From IMG/VR virus record IMGVR_UViG_3300044878_000210, positions 1 to 37,004 of that record: a stretch of 37,004 nucleotides of DNA. One strand, written 5' to 3'. Position numbers and translations under genes: made by a program. This document shows, in pieces, positions 1-8,557 of this stretch (positions are counted from its first letter, which is position 1; every line of letters begins with the position of its first letter). The notes beneath the pieces are model-generated. The model did not search any database, had not been told where the DNA came from, and worked only from the letters and a program-made list of their open reading frames with translations. The DNA comes from a virus. Taxonomy: Duplodnaviria > Caudoviricetes.

Positions 1-127
1 AGATCACGATCGCCCACATAGACCAGACGCACGAAAGCGATATGTCTTTTCTCTCGCGCCTGGCGAAGCGCTACGACGCCGTGATGACGGTCAAAGACTC
101 GCGCCTGTTGTTCGTTCCGATCGGGGA
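1..127. repeat. Terminal direct repeat (circular assembly overlap), copy 1
   Basis: Bases 1-127 are identical to 36878-37004. The repeat lies inside the gpD reading frame, so it is an assembly overlap of a circular contig. Confidence 0.97.
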
Positions 128-617
128 AGCGCGCACCGCCAGCGGCAAGACATTGAGCGTTCTCGCGCTCGATCGCAGCAGCGGCGACCAGCACCGGTAC
201 CACGTCGCCGAACGTGAGAACTACGCCGGCGTAAAGGCGTTCTGGCATAGCTCCGGAAAGGGCGAGCGAAAGTCCGTGACCGTGGGCGGCGAGAACAACC
301 ACAATCTCAAAGTGCTGCCCGAGGTCTATCCGAACGAGGCCGAAGCCAGATCCGCCGCAACGTCCGAATTGAAGCGCACACAACGCAGCCAGGCCACGAT
401 GGACTACACGCTCGCCCTGGGCCGGGCTGAGATATTCCCCGAGCTGCCGGTCACCGTGTCCGGATTCAAGCCCGAGATTGACCAAACCCCTTGGCTGGTG
501 AAAAGGGCCAGGCATTCCATTACCGACAGCGGCTTTACGTCCTCCCTGGAATTGGAGGTGCGCGACGACCCTACCTCGGATCGCCACCGCGCCCACTTCC
601 GCAAGGGCGGCGGGTAA
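1..617 (+). CDS. gpD: P2 gpD-like late control/tail hub protein, 3' part (joins 36457-36877 across the circle, 345 aa in total)
   Basis: HIDQTHESDMSFLSRLAKRYDA...GFKPEID..WLV...H...SGFTSSLELE motifs of GPD. The frame is continuous across the junction. Confidence 0.92.
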   Translation, partial: ITIAHIDQTHESDMSFLSRLAKRYDAVMTVKDSRLLFVPIGEARTASGKTLSVLALDRSSGDQHRYHVAERENYAGVKAFWHSSGKGERKSVTVGGENNHNLKVLPEVYPNEAEARSAATSELKRTQRSQATMDYTLALGRAEIFPELPVTVSGFKPEIDQTPWLVKRARHSITDSGFTSSLELEVRDDPTSDRHRAHFRKGGG

Positions 618-618
618 C

Positions 619-750
619 GTCTAAAAAACCACAGTTTTGTTGACACTACATAAAAAGGGGCTGCGCGCCCCTTTTTTGTTGCTGAACCTGTCTAAAAACC
701 CTGTAAACTTTTCTATGTAAAACAAACCTATCGAAAATTTGATTCATTTA
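619..750. promoter_or_regulatory. Putative res (multimer resolution) site
   Basis: AT-rich tract. Imperfect inverted repeat GTCTAAAAAAC-caca-GTTTTGTTGAC (619-644) and a second GTCTAAAAAC at 690-699, upstream of the operon ending in the resolvase. Confidence 0.55.
652..677. terminator. Bidirectional Rho-independent terminator after gpD
   Basis: AAAAAGGGGC-tgcgc-GCCCCTTTTTT. Confidence 0.85.
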
Positions 751-763
751 CACAGAGGAAGCC

Positions 764-1279
764 ATGCCAACATCTATCGGAAATATCAGCTTTGGCGGTA
801 AAAACTTGAGCCAGGAGGACGCGGAGGCGGTAGTAGCCCAATTCGCGCAGCGTGACCGCGAACAAGCCGAGTACGAGGCGAAACTGCCGGATATCCGTGA
901 GCGCGGCGAGGCCGCCCTGCGTCGGCTGCTGCCGATTGCCCAAGGTAACACCGGGCAATGCCGGCACGTCGCCGGCTTCCTCCTGGGCCTGTACAACGGC
1001 ACGCGCTTTAAATTCGATCTGACCGACCTGCGCTGTGTCGATCGCGCCATCTTCGACGACTGCATCGCCGTGCTGCAGATGGACGCCCAGCCGCTCCGCG
1101 AAGTACATACCTACTTCCCCAAGGGTGGCGCGCTGTTCGAGGAACTGGCGACCTCCTGGCGTATCCCTGACCGCGCCAGGCTGCACAGCGTCATCAAAGA
1201 ATCATTGCTGCCGGCTGATCCGTACTATGACGCTCTGCGCGCCGATCGCACGGCCTACCTCGATAGCCAGGCGGTCTAA
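764..1279 (+). CDS. Conserved phage/plasmid hypothetical protein
   Basis: Good RBS (GAGGAA). The motif ALRRLLPIAQGNTGQCRHVAGFLLGLYNG..F.FDLTDLR..D resembles a widespread MGE family of unknown function. Confidence 0.8.
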   Translation: MPTSIGNISFGGKNLSQEDAEAVVAQFAQRDREQAEYEAKLPDIRERGEAALRRLLPIAQGNTGQCRHVAGFLLGLYNGTRFKFDLTDLRCVDRAIFDDCIAVLQMDAQPLREVHTYFPKGGALFEELATSWRIPDRARLHSVIKESLLPADPYYDALRADRTAYLDSQAV

Positions 1280-1281
1280 TA

Positions 1282-1638
1282 ATGAGACTCAAGCTACAAC
1301 GTCACCATATTGCCCAGCTGTTAGAGTCCAGCCAGCTGGTAACCACACCTGGCCACCGCGCCTTACTAGATGGCGACCATATCCATGCTGACCTAGACTT
1401 CCTGACCCGATTCGCAAATTTCGTGCGTGAGGTCGAGTTATTGGAACCAGGGCAACACCCAACTCCGAAGAAAGAAACGATGAGCTTGCCGGCTATCGAA
1501 GCACTGCAGATGATTCGTTTTAGCGGTTGGAACGAGCACCCTACCAGCGTATGGATGCAGAAGTGGGCGGCATGGGGAATGGAGCCGAGCAAATGGCCGA
1601 AACCTCAAGACACACCACCGCAGAAAGGGGGCGAGTGA
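1282..1638 (+). CDS. Hypothetical protein
   Basis: Fills the gap exactly: starts 2 bp after the upstream stop, and its TGA overlaps the resolvase ATG. Lower GC than its neighbours. Confidence 0.6.
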   Translation: MRLKLQRHHIAQLLESSQLVTTPGHRALLDGDHIHADLDFLTRFANFVREVELLEPGQHPTPKKETMSLPAIEALQMIRFSGWNEHPTSVWMQKWAAWGMEPSKWPKPQDTPPQKGGE

Positions 1639-2297
1639 TGCGGCACCCCACCGCCACCAACAACCTGGACCTCATCACCGGCGGGATGCTGATCGGCTAC
1701 GCCCGAGTCTCGACGGTCGACCAGAACCTCGACCTGCAGCGCGACGCGCTGCAGCGCGCCGGCTGCGGCCAGATTTACGAGGACAAGGCCGGCGGCCGCA
1801 CGAAGACCGGGAGGCCCGAACTCGCGGCCGTACTGCGATCGCTGCGCGCCGGCGACACCCTGGTTGTGTGGCGGCTCGATCGCCTGGGCCGGTCCCTTGC
1901 TGACCTGGTGCAAATCATCAACGAGCTGGCCGACCGGAATATCGGATTCAGGAGCCTGACCGAACAGATAGACACCGGCTCGGCGCAGGGGCGACTGTTC
2001 CTGGGCGTGTTCGGGGCGATGGCGCAGTACATGCGCGATGTGATTCAGGAGAACACGGTGGAGGGATTGAAAGCGGCACGCGCTCGAGGGCGCGTTGGGG
2101 GGCGGCCGCCAGCGCTCGATGACGCGGCCTTGGAGGAAATTAAAACGCTGCTGACCAATCCGAACATAACGATGGACGACATCGCGGCCCGCTACCAGGT
2201 AAGCCGCGCCACGGTCTACAACTCGTTGAACCGGGCGGGGAAAAAAGCGGCTGGACCTACCGCAGCGCCTTCACTACGGAATGGCAGTAGCCAATAA
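1638..2297 (+). CDS. Small serine recombinase (resolvase/invertase family)
   Basis: GYARVST catalytic motif, LVVWRLDRLGRS, GLKAARARGRVGGRP and a C-terminal HTH (IAARYQVSRATVY). Start moved to ATG 1638 behind a GGGGG RBS. Confidence 0.95.
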   Translation: MRHPTATNNLDLITGGMLIGYARVSTVDQNLDLQRDALQRAGCGQIYEDKAGGRTKTGRPELAAVLRSLRAGDTLVVWRLDRLGRSLADLVQIINELADRNIGFRSLTEQIDTGSAQGRLFLGVFGAMAQYMRDVIQENTVEGLKAARARGRVGGRPPALDDAALEEIKTLLTNPNITMDDIAARYQVSRATVYNSLNRAGKKAAGPTAAPSLRNGSSQ

Positions 2298-2907
2298 TTT
2301 CTATCTTCCCCTCGTCGCCTGGTGCGATTCTTTCGGGCGCATAGGCTGGATTGTCGCTCGATACCTGCAGGGAACCGTCGATCATGCGTTGAAACCGCTT
2401 GAAGCGCGCGGCGCCGGCAATTCGCACCAGGTACACGCCGTCGATATCCTGGCGCCGGCGGTCAATCAGGACCAGCTGGCCGTCCGTAATCGACTCCCCC
2501 ATCGCATCGCCGACCGCGCGCACGATGATCGTTTCTCCGCAGGACAGGCACTGATGCTCAAGCCAGGCGATCGGCAGCGACCACCACTCTGACGCCGGCA
2601 GCTCGGCCAGCTCGCCGTGCGCGTCGAACGTTGGGACCACGCAAAAATGCACCGCTTTGACCGGCCCTTCGCCCTCTGGCACCACGGCGGGAACGCCCCG
2701 GCCGAGTATCAGCCAGTCGAGGCTGACATTGTATTTTTCCGCGATCGCCAGGCATTCCGCAAATGGAATGGTCCCCCGGCTTTTCCACGCACTAAGCGTG
2801 CTGCGCGATCCCTCGAAGTGTTCCGCGACTTCCCGGTCCCTCAAAACTCCCAATACAGTTTTCATTCTGTCGATGATGGCTTGGATGAAGGCCTTATTGT
2901 GTTCCAT
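2257..2907 (-). CDS. cI: CI-like repressor (HTH plus S24-fold domain)
   Basis: N-terminal 186-CI-type HTH (SRSTLSAWKSRGTIPF...VSLDWLILG) and S24-like C-terminus (VGDAM...DGVYLV...KRFQ...SDNPAY). Divergent from the early operon. Confidence 0.9.
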   Translation of the reverse strand: MEHNKAFIQAIIDRMKTVLGVLRDREVAEHFEGSRSTLSAWKSRGTIPFAECLAIAEKYNVSLDWLILGRGVPAVVPEGEGPVKAVHFCVVPTFDAHGELAELPASEWWSLPIAWLEHQCLSCGETIIVRAVGDAMGESITDGQLVLIDRRRQDIDGVYLVRIAGAARFKRFQRMIDGSLQVSSDNPAYAPERIAPGDEGKIEIIGYCHSVVKALR

Positions 2908-2917
2908 ATTTGAGTTA

Positions 2918-3005
2918 TCTTGTTTACAAAATGTGAATAAAGTTGCTGCGTGGAAGCGAAGTAGAGCGTAGAATTTACACACTGCAACTCTTGCTTACAA
3001 AGTGT
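2918..3005. promoter_or_regulatory. Lysis/lysogeny switch region with two operator-like repeats
   Basis: TCTTGTTTACAAAATGT (2918-2934) and TCTTGCTTACAAAGTGT (2989-3005) are 15/17 identical with a near-palindromic core. TAGAAT -10 at 2969-2974. Confidence 0.65.
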
Positions 3006-3011
3006 TACTAA

Positions 3012-3212
3012 ATGACCACAAGCGCCCACATGAACGACGACAATTTGACGACACCACGTTCCACCCGAGTACCGATCCCCCTGACTGCCCAGGAGGAAAA
3101 AAAACTAGCCAGCCTGGCTAAGAAAGAGTCCCGAAGCAGGCAGGCAATGGCTGGAATTATCTATCGAGCCGGGCTAAAAGCCTATTTAAAAGGAGTAGAC
3201 GCACAGCAATAG
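3012..3212 (+). CDS. Small ribbon-helix-helix DNA-binding protein (Cro/Cox position)
   Basis: RVPIPLT-EEKKLASLAKKESRSRQAMAGIIYRAGL has an RHH pattern. First gene divergent from cI. Confidence 0.75.
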   Translation: MTTSAHMNDDNLTTPRSTRVPIPLTAQEEKKLASLAKKESRSRQAMAGIIYRAGLKAYLKGVDAQQ

Positions 3213-3273
3213 ATGTCTGGAATGACACAAAGGCCTGGGGAGCGCCTGAAATTTACAGACACGGAATTGACAC

Positions 3274-3528
3274 ATGAGCCTAAGAATCACAATTTGTTGC
3301 CCGCACTGCACAGCCAGGGCGATAGCACGAAGCAGCCGCGAGCTTTCGCCGACCATGCGCGAAATCGTGTACGCCTGCATTGATCCGGAGTGCGGCCACA
3401 CCTACGTGGCCCAGCTCGAAGCCGTGCGTACCCTGTCTCCGTCTGCCAAACCCAAGAGCGAAATTCGCCTGCCCATCTCGCAGCACACCCGCGTGCGGAT
3501 CATGGAACAGATGGACTTACTCGCCTGA
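3274..3528 (+). CDS. ogr: Ogr/Delta-like zinc-finger late transcription activator
   Basis: CPHC...A.ARSSR.LS...Y.CIDPECGHTY..LE..RTLSPS. Confidence 0.93.
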   Translation: MSLRITICCPHCTARAIARSSRELSPTMREIVYACIDPECGHTYVAQLEAVRTLSPSAKPKSEIRLPISQHTRVRIMEQMDLLA

Positions 3529-3540
3529 CCCCCAACGAAC

Positions 3541-3879
3541 ATGCACACTCCTATGCCATCGACTCCCCTGTACCCCGCCGCGTTTTCCTTCCTGCAGGCT
3601 CACGAAGGCGACCACCTGGCGCCCGACCAGCACTTGCTGGTAAACCGCTGTATCAACCAGCTGATCGACACCGCCAGCGTTTCCTATGACACGGCCAAGG
3701 TCGCAACGCTGCAGGCGTTTGGCGAACTGTCCGCGCGCGGCCGGCGCGAATATATCGACTGTTCCCACACCACCAGCTACGCGCTGTTCGTGGTCGATGG
3801 GACCGGCGCCAGGCGCGCATACACCCTTGCCGAGCTGATGCGGATTCTCGACCAGGCACACGCCGGCGCCGCCGGCTAA
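3541..3879 (+). CDS. Phage hypothetical protein (early operon)
   Basis: Operonic position between ogr and the primase, with GC3-rich codon usage like its neighbours. Confidence 0.75.
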   Translation: MHTPMPSTPLYPAAFSFLQAHEGDHLAPDQHLLVNRCINQLIDTASVSYDTAKVATLQAFGELSARGRREYIDCSHTTSYALFVVDGTGARRAYTLAELMRILDQAHAGAAG

Positions 3880-3969
3880 AACCACCCAAGCACCACCGGA
3901 TATTGTCGCGGCCAACGAAGCCGCGGCGAACCCCTGTACGCCCAAAACCATAAAACAGACCCCAAAAAC

Positions 3970-6741
3970 ATGGCCTCGATCGAAGAATTGAAAAAGCGTA
4001 TTGACCTTCACGACCTGGCGCACCGCCTCGGCATGAAACAGGGCAAGGGCGGCGACGATGCGCTGTACCATTCGCCGCACCACCCCGACAAGCACCCTTC
4101 CCTGTCCATTTTCGTGGACCACCCCACCGCCGGCACTGGCTGGAAAGACCACAGCCAAGACGTTGGCGGTTCCTGCATTGACCTGGTGATGTACGTCCAG
4201 GGCGGCAGCGTATCGGAGGCAATGAAGTACCTGCACGAAGCGTTTGCCATCCCCTACGACAAGCAGGAGAAACCCGAACAGCAGGCGCAGAAAACGATGA
4301 TCGACTACATCGCCGACCGCTGCATCGCCGACAAAGACAAGGTGCGCGACTACCTGACCGGCCGCGCGATCGCGCCGGCCGCGCTCGAGGCGGCTCTCCG
4401 GGCTAAAACGCTCGGGTTCAACGAATGGACCAGCACCAAGAAGAACTCGGGCGACGTCGGCTACGGCGGGCCGGCCGCCGCGTTCCTGGTGCGGGCGCCG
4501 AACTCGGCCCAGGTGGTAGCGGTCGACATGCGCTTCCTCGATCCGGCGATCAATGGCGACGTCAAGACACAGACCCACGGCGAGAAGGACGGCCACTACT
4601 GGACAGCGGATCCGCGCAAGCTCGATCGGGCGCAGCGTGTCGTCCTGGTCGAAAGCTCGATCAACGCGCTGTCGGTCGATAGCTGCAGCATCCCAGGCAT
4701 GGCGGCCGTGTCGATCCGCGGTATTGGCAACGTCCACCTAATCGACTTTTCATTCCTGCGCGGGAAACAGGTAATCGTCTGCCTGGACAACGACGCGCCG
4801 TTCCCCGAAGGCCACCACAAGGCCGGCCACCGCCCAGGGCCAGAAGCCGCATGGGCGCTGTACGAGCGTCTTACCGCCCTGAATATCAGCGCCGTCCTGG
4901 TCGACCAGGCGCTGTGGCTGCACGAGGCCGTCGCCGGCGAGAAGACCGGCAAGCCGATCAATGACGTAAACGACTATCTCAAGCTGCACGGCCCGCGCGA
5001 CCTGGCGCAAGCGCTCGACAACTACGAAACCTGGTTGATTGCCGGCATGGCCGGCGACGCCACCAGGAGCGGCAAGTCCCGCGTCTACCTGCCGGCGCAC
5101 GACTACGCCCAATACTGGCGCTTTCGTACCCGGCTCGACTTCACCAGCCACATAACCAGGATGGATCGCAAGGGCGAGGAAGGCGAGGAAACACCGACCT
5201 ACGCCGACCTGTGCGGCTTTCGCATCGCCTCTCTGAGCCGCGTATCCGTCGCCAGCTCCACGGCCACCATGAACGGCGACCCGGACAACTCCCCTACCGT
5301 CTATTTCGCCGTCACCGTGCAAACCCCTCGGCACGGCGCCCGCCTCACCCGCAAGGTGCTGCTCGATGACCAGCTGCACAACACACAGCAATGGTCGAAG
5401 TTCGGCGCGATCTGGAAGCCGGCCGAGTTCTCACGGATGGTCACCATTTTGGAGCGCACCGCGCACCTGGGCGAGCGCACGGCCGCCAACTTCGTGGGCC
5501 TTGCCTGGCGCGACGGCCAGCTGGCCGTCAACGAGGGGCCGGACTGCTATTTCACCGAAGCCGAGAAGCAATGCACCTACCACAACCTCACCTTCCCCTC
5601 TGGATCGACCCAGGACGCGCGCAAGGTGATTAAGGCCTACCAGGCCACGTTTAAGCAGAACGCGGCATCTATGGCCCTGACGTGGGCTTTGGGCGGCCAT
5701 TTGAAAGTGCTGCTCGGGTTCTGGCCGCACGTCACGCTGCAGGCCGACAAGGGCGCCGGTAAATCGACCCTGATTAAACGCCTTGAGCGGTCCCTGTCGT
5801 TCACCATGTTTTCGGGCCAAAGCCTGCAAACAGAATTCCGGCTGCTGACCAGCATTAGCTACACCAGCCACCCGGTAGGATGGGAAGAACTGAGCGCGCG
5901 CCGCCAGGACGTGATCGACAAGGCCGTCGCCATGCTGCAGGAGTCGTACCAGTATTCGACCACCAAGCGCGGATCCGAAATGACCGAGTACTTGATGTGC
6001 GCCCCGGTGATGCTCGCCGGCGAGGACGTTCCGGTGCGCTCGCTCCTGGGCAAGCTGGTACGGGCCAACCTGACCGGAAAAAAAGGGCCGATGATGCCCG
6101 ACGATTTGCCGCAGTTCCCGGTGCGCCAATGGCTGCAGTTCCTTACCAAGCTCAACAAAATGGACGTGCTGGCGAAGTACGCCGAGCTGCGCGACTACTG
6201 CCTGCGGCACAGCAGGACCGGCGGCGACGATGACGGCGCCAAGCGCATGGCCGGCAACTACGCGGCCGTTCTGCTGGCCTGGCGCTACCTGTGCGAGTTC
6301 GCCGGCGTCGAGTACACCGAGGGCAACTTCGGCGCCGACCTGCTGGCCGAAATGAACAGCCACATTGCCGAGACAAGCAGCGATCGATCGCCGTGGGTCT
6401 GGATCATGGAAACAGCCCTGTCCGAAATCGACGCCGGCAACTACAAGCACCCGCACAAGTTCGAGTCGATCGACGGCAAGGAATACCTCCTGTTGCGCCC
6501 GAGTCACATCATGGACCACCTGGCGAGTTCGTCGGCCCTGCGCGAAAAATGGAACGCCCTGCCGGTCAAAACAGCGACCGTGTTCAAGCGCCAGATGGTA
6601 GCGGCCGGCGTGATGCTGGACGGCGGCAACGAGATCGAGCGGACCCTGTTCAACAAGCGCGTGCGGCACCTGTCCGCAATCTCAATCGAGGATATGACCA
6701 AGTTCGGACTGTCAGTGGCATGGCGTACGGACAAACATTAA
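3970..6741 (+). CDS. TOPRIM primase-helicase replication protein (P4 alpha-like architecture)
   Basis: N-terminal zinc-finger-like YHSPHHPDKHPS...GSCIDLV, TOPRIM VESSINALS...CLDND, and Walker A ADKGAGKST in the C-terminal half. 923 aa. Confidence 0.88.
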   Translation: MASIEELKKRIDLHDLAHRLGMKQGKGGDDALYHSPHHPDKHPSLSIFVDHPTAGTGWKDHSQDVGGSCIDLVMYVQGGSVSEAMKYLHEAFAIPYDKQEKPEQQAQKTMIDYIADRCIADKDKVRDYLTGRAIAPAALEAALRAKTLGFNEWTSTKKNSGDVGYGGPAAAFLVRAPNSAQVVAVDMRFLDPAINGDVKTQTHGEKDGHYWTADPRKLDRAQRVVLVESSINALSVDSCSIPGMAAVSIRGIGNVHLIDFSFLRGKQVIVCLDNDAPFPEGHHKAGHRPGPEAAWALYERLTALNISAVLVDQALWLHEAVAGEKTGKPINDVNDYLKLHGPRDLAQALDNYETWLIAGMAGDATRSGKSRVYLPAHDYAQYWRFRTRLDFTSHITRMDRKGEEGEETPTYADLCGFRIASLSRVSVASSTATMNGDPDNSPTVYFAVTVQTPRHGARLTRKVLLDDQLHNTQQWSKFGAIWKPAEFSRMVTILERTAHLGERTAANFVGLAWRDGQLAVNEGPDCYFTEAEKQCTYHNLTFPSGSTQDARKVIKAYQATFKQNAASMALTWALGGHLKVLLGFWPHVTLQADKGAGKSTLIKRLERSLSFTMFSGQSLQTEFRLLTSISYTSHPVGWEELSARRQDVIDKAVAMLQESYQYSTTKRGSEMTEYLMCAPVMLAGEDVPVRSLLGKLVRANLTGKKGPMMPDDLPQFPVRQWLQFLTKLNKMDVLAKYAELRDYCLRHSRTGGDDDGAKRMAGNYAAVLLAWRYLCEFAGVEYTEGNFGADLLAEMNSHIAETSSDRSPWVWIMETALSEIDAGNYKHPHKFESIDGKEYLLLRPSHIMDHLASSSALREKWNALPVKTATVFKRQMVAAGVMLDGGNEIERTLFNKRVRHLSAISIEDMTKFGLSVAWRTDKH

Positions 6742-6756
6742 CCAGGAAGGAAAGCC

Positions 6757-7527
6757 ATGAATCAAACCCCCACCACAGGATCCACCGTTGCGCTGCGCGG
6801 ACTCAAGCCGGCCAGCGTTCTAGGAGCAACCCGAGAACATGGCGACCGCCTGCGCTACCTGGGCGGCTGTCGCTGTTTCGACTGCCGGCGCGCGAACACC
6901 GCCTACGAGGCGGCGCGCAAGGTTGCGCGGGCGGCCGGCGACTGGAACGGGATCGTTTCAGCAGAAAAAGCGCGCGATCATATGAAGATGCTATCGAGTC
7001 AAGGCGTTGGGCGCCGATCGGTAGCCGCTGCAAGCGACGTCGCCGACTCCGTTCTCATGGAAGTAATCACCGGACGCAAGGCCCGGATCCGCGCCAGGAC
7101 GGAACGCGCCATCCTCGCAGTTACGACGGAAGCCGCGGCCGATCACGCCCTGGTTCCCGCCAAGGCCACGTGGAAGCTGATTAACCGGATGCTGAAAGAC
7201 GGCCACACTAAAGCCGGGCTGGCGGCCAAGTTGGGCTACAAATCGCCCGCCCTGCAGCTGAAAACGGATTTCGTCACCGTGCGCAACGCCCACCTGGTCG
7301 AACGCCTGGCCGACCAGCTGCGGTCGACCTGTGCCAAAAAAACGCTTGCCCTGGTCGAGAAGCTGATCAAGGCCGAGGGCTACGCACGCCAGCAGGTCGA
7401 CCAGCGCCTGGCCGAGCTGGCCCGCAGCCTGGGCGAAGACACCCCATCGCTGGAACCCCGCAACGGCCGAATCACTGTGAAAGCGGCCGAGCTGGTCGAA
7501 CGGCTGTACGAGAACATGACCGAGTAA
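6757..7527 (+). CDS. Hypothetical DNA-binding protein with HG..Y..GCRCxxC zinc motif and HTH-like segments
   Basis: RBS AGGAAGGA. HGDRLRYLGGCRCFDCRRAN motif, plus GVGRRSVAAASDV and GHTKAGLAAKLG helix-turn-helix-like segments. Confidence 0.75.
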   Translation: MNQTPTTGSTVALRGLKPASVLGATREHGDRLRYLGGCRCFDCRRANTAYEAARKVARAAGDWNGIVSAEKARDHMKMLSSQGVGRRSVAAASDVADSVLMEVITGRKARIRARTERAILAVTTEAAADHALVPAKATWKLINRMLKDGHTKAGLAAKLGYKSPALQLKTDFVTVRNAHLVERLADQLRSTCAKKTLALVEKLIKAEGYARQQVDQRLAELARSLGEDTPSLEPRNGRITVKAAELVERLYENMTE

Positions 7528-7530
7528 TCG

Positions 7531-7603
7531 AAAAAAAACCGCCTGGCGTAACGCCGGCGGCCGCTCCTGGTCGATCTTTGCCGCCCACCTGGGCGGTTTT
7601 TTT
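7531..7603. terminator. Back-to-back terminators between the early operon and the convergent cargo genes
   Basis: Plus strand CCGCCCA-cc-TGGGCGG-TTTTTTT (7581-7603). Minus strand hairpin CCGCC-GGCG-tta-CGCC-A-GGCGG-T8 (7531-7560). Confidence 0.75.
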
Positions 7604-8054
7604 ATTCATCGCCGCTTGTTTTCTCGCCGCCGCGCCGCGCTCGGCATGCCTGGCCGGCGGTGCAAACCAATGCGATCGGCGCCAGGTATTTTTTAACATT
7701 CACCGAGCCGCCGGCGATATCGCCGATATCGACGCATGCCTTGCGCAAGCCGCCCAGGGCGAACCCTTGCGCGCCGGCGCTGTTGCGCACTTCGACACGC
7801 TCGATGTTCGACTTACCCCAGCCGGCCTTCGGATCCACTATCAGCGGCATGCAAACCCCATTCGTCACAAAAGACTCGAATACGCTGAATGTTACGACCG
7901 GGCGAGCGAACGTTGCCGTCAAGACGCCGCCGGCCAGGACCGCACCTTTGAGCGCGAATGGTTGGATGCTGCGGTCGACCGCAGCCGGAACCGTATCAGC
8001 TGCAGCTGGGAGAGAAAACAGGACTGCTACTAAAGCAAATGGTATTTTTCGCAT
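7602..8054 (-). CDS. Exported hypothetical protein (signal peptide, 4 Cys)
   Basis: MRKIPFALVAVLFSLPAAA-DT is a classic Sec signal. GGTGGA RBS upstream. Confidence 0.7.
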   Translation of the reverse strand: MRKIPFALVAVLFSLPAAADTVPAAVDRSIQPFALKGAVLAGGVLTATFARPVVTFSVFESFVTNGVCMPLIVDPKAGWGKSNIERVEVRNSAGAQGFALGGLRKACVDIGDIAGGSVNVKKYLAPIALVCTAGQACRARRGGEKTSGDE

Positions 8055-8120
8055 GGTCGATCCACCTGGTGATTTACAAGACTTGCAAATCTACACCATG
8101 CAAAAGCCGCCGGCGGCCTT

Positions 8121-8555
8121 TCAACGGCAATCTATCGCCGCCGTAAAAGTGGCCATCCCATCCTTTTTCCCGTCCGTCGACGTGATGGTGCACCGCGTAA
8201 TGCTGTCCGCCAGGCGCCGGGATAGCTGCGCCGGCCCGTAAGCGCACCACAGCCAGCGCTCGCGGTCGCCTGGCTCGAAGTCGAAGGTCTGACTATCCCG
8301 CGTACTTTCGTTTGGCACCAGGTAGAGCATTGCCGCCGGCGGTCCCGCCATCATGCCCGCGGCCGTCAAGTGCATAGGGTTGGGGATATACGCGGTCCAC
8401 CCGGTAGAAACCCGGTCAGCCTTAAACGTTTTGGCTGGAATGACGTTGGGACACGTCGCCTTAATCGGACGGTTCGGCCTGTCCATGCTGCGAGCATTGA
8501 GCCAGGGCAGCGCGAGGGCGGCAGCGATGAGAATGTAGGGGAAAGGACGACGCAT
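8121..8555 (-). CDS. STY0301-family / Tai2-like periplasmic immunity protein
   Basis: Signal peptide, pattern CP...GW.....P..L..AGMMAGPP...YLVP...W.WC.YG...LSR.L......C, and 2 bp downstream of the amidase gene. Confidence 0.72.
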   Translation of the reverse strand: MRRPFPYILIAAALALPWLNARSMDRPNRPIKATCPNVIPAKTFKADRVSTGWTAYIPNPMHLTAAGMMAGPPAAMLYLVPNESTRDSQTFDFEPGDRERWLWCAYGPAQLSRRLADSITRCTITSTDGKKDGMATFTAAIDCR

Positions 8556-8557
8556 GG

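Noticed and set aside
1638-2297. Serine recombinase as a Gin/Cin-type tail-fibre invertase switching the two fibres
   Set aside because: Both fibre modules are full-length, on the same strand and far from the gene. I saw no inverted crossover sites around them. A res-like site lies upstream of its own operon.
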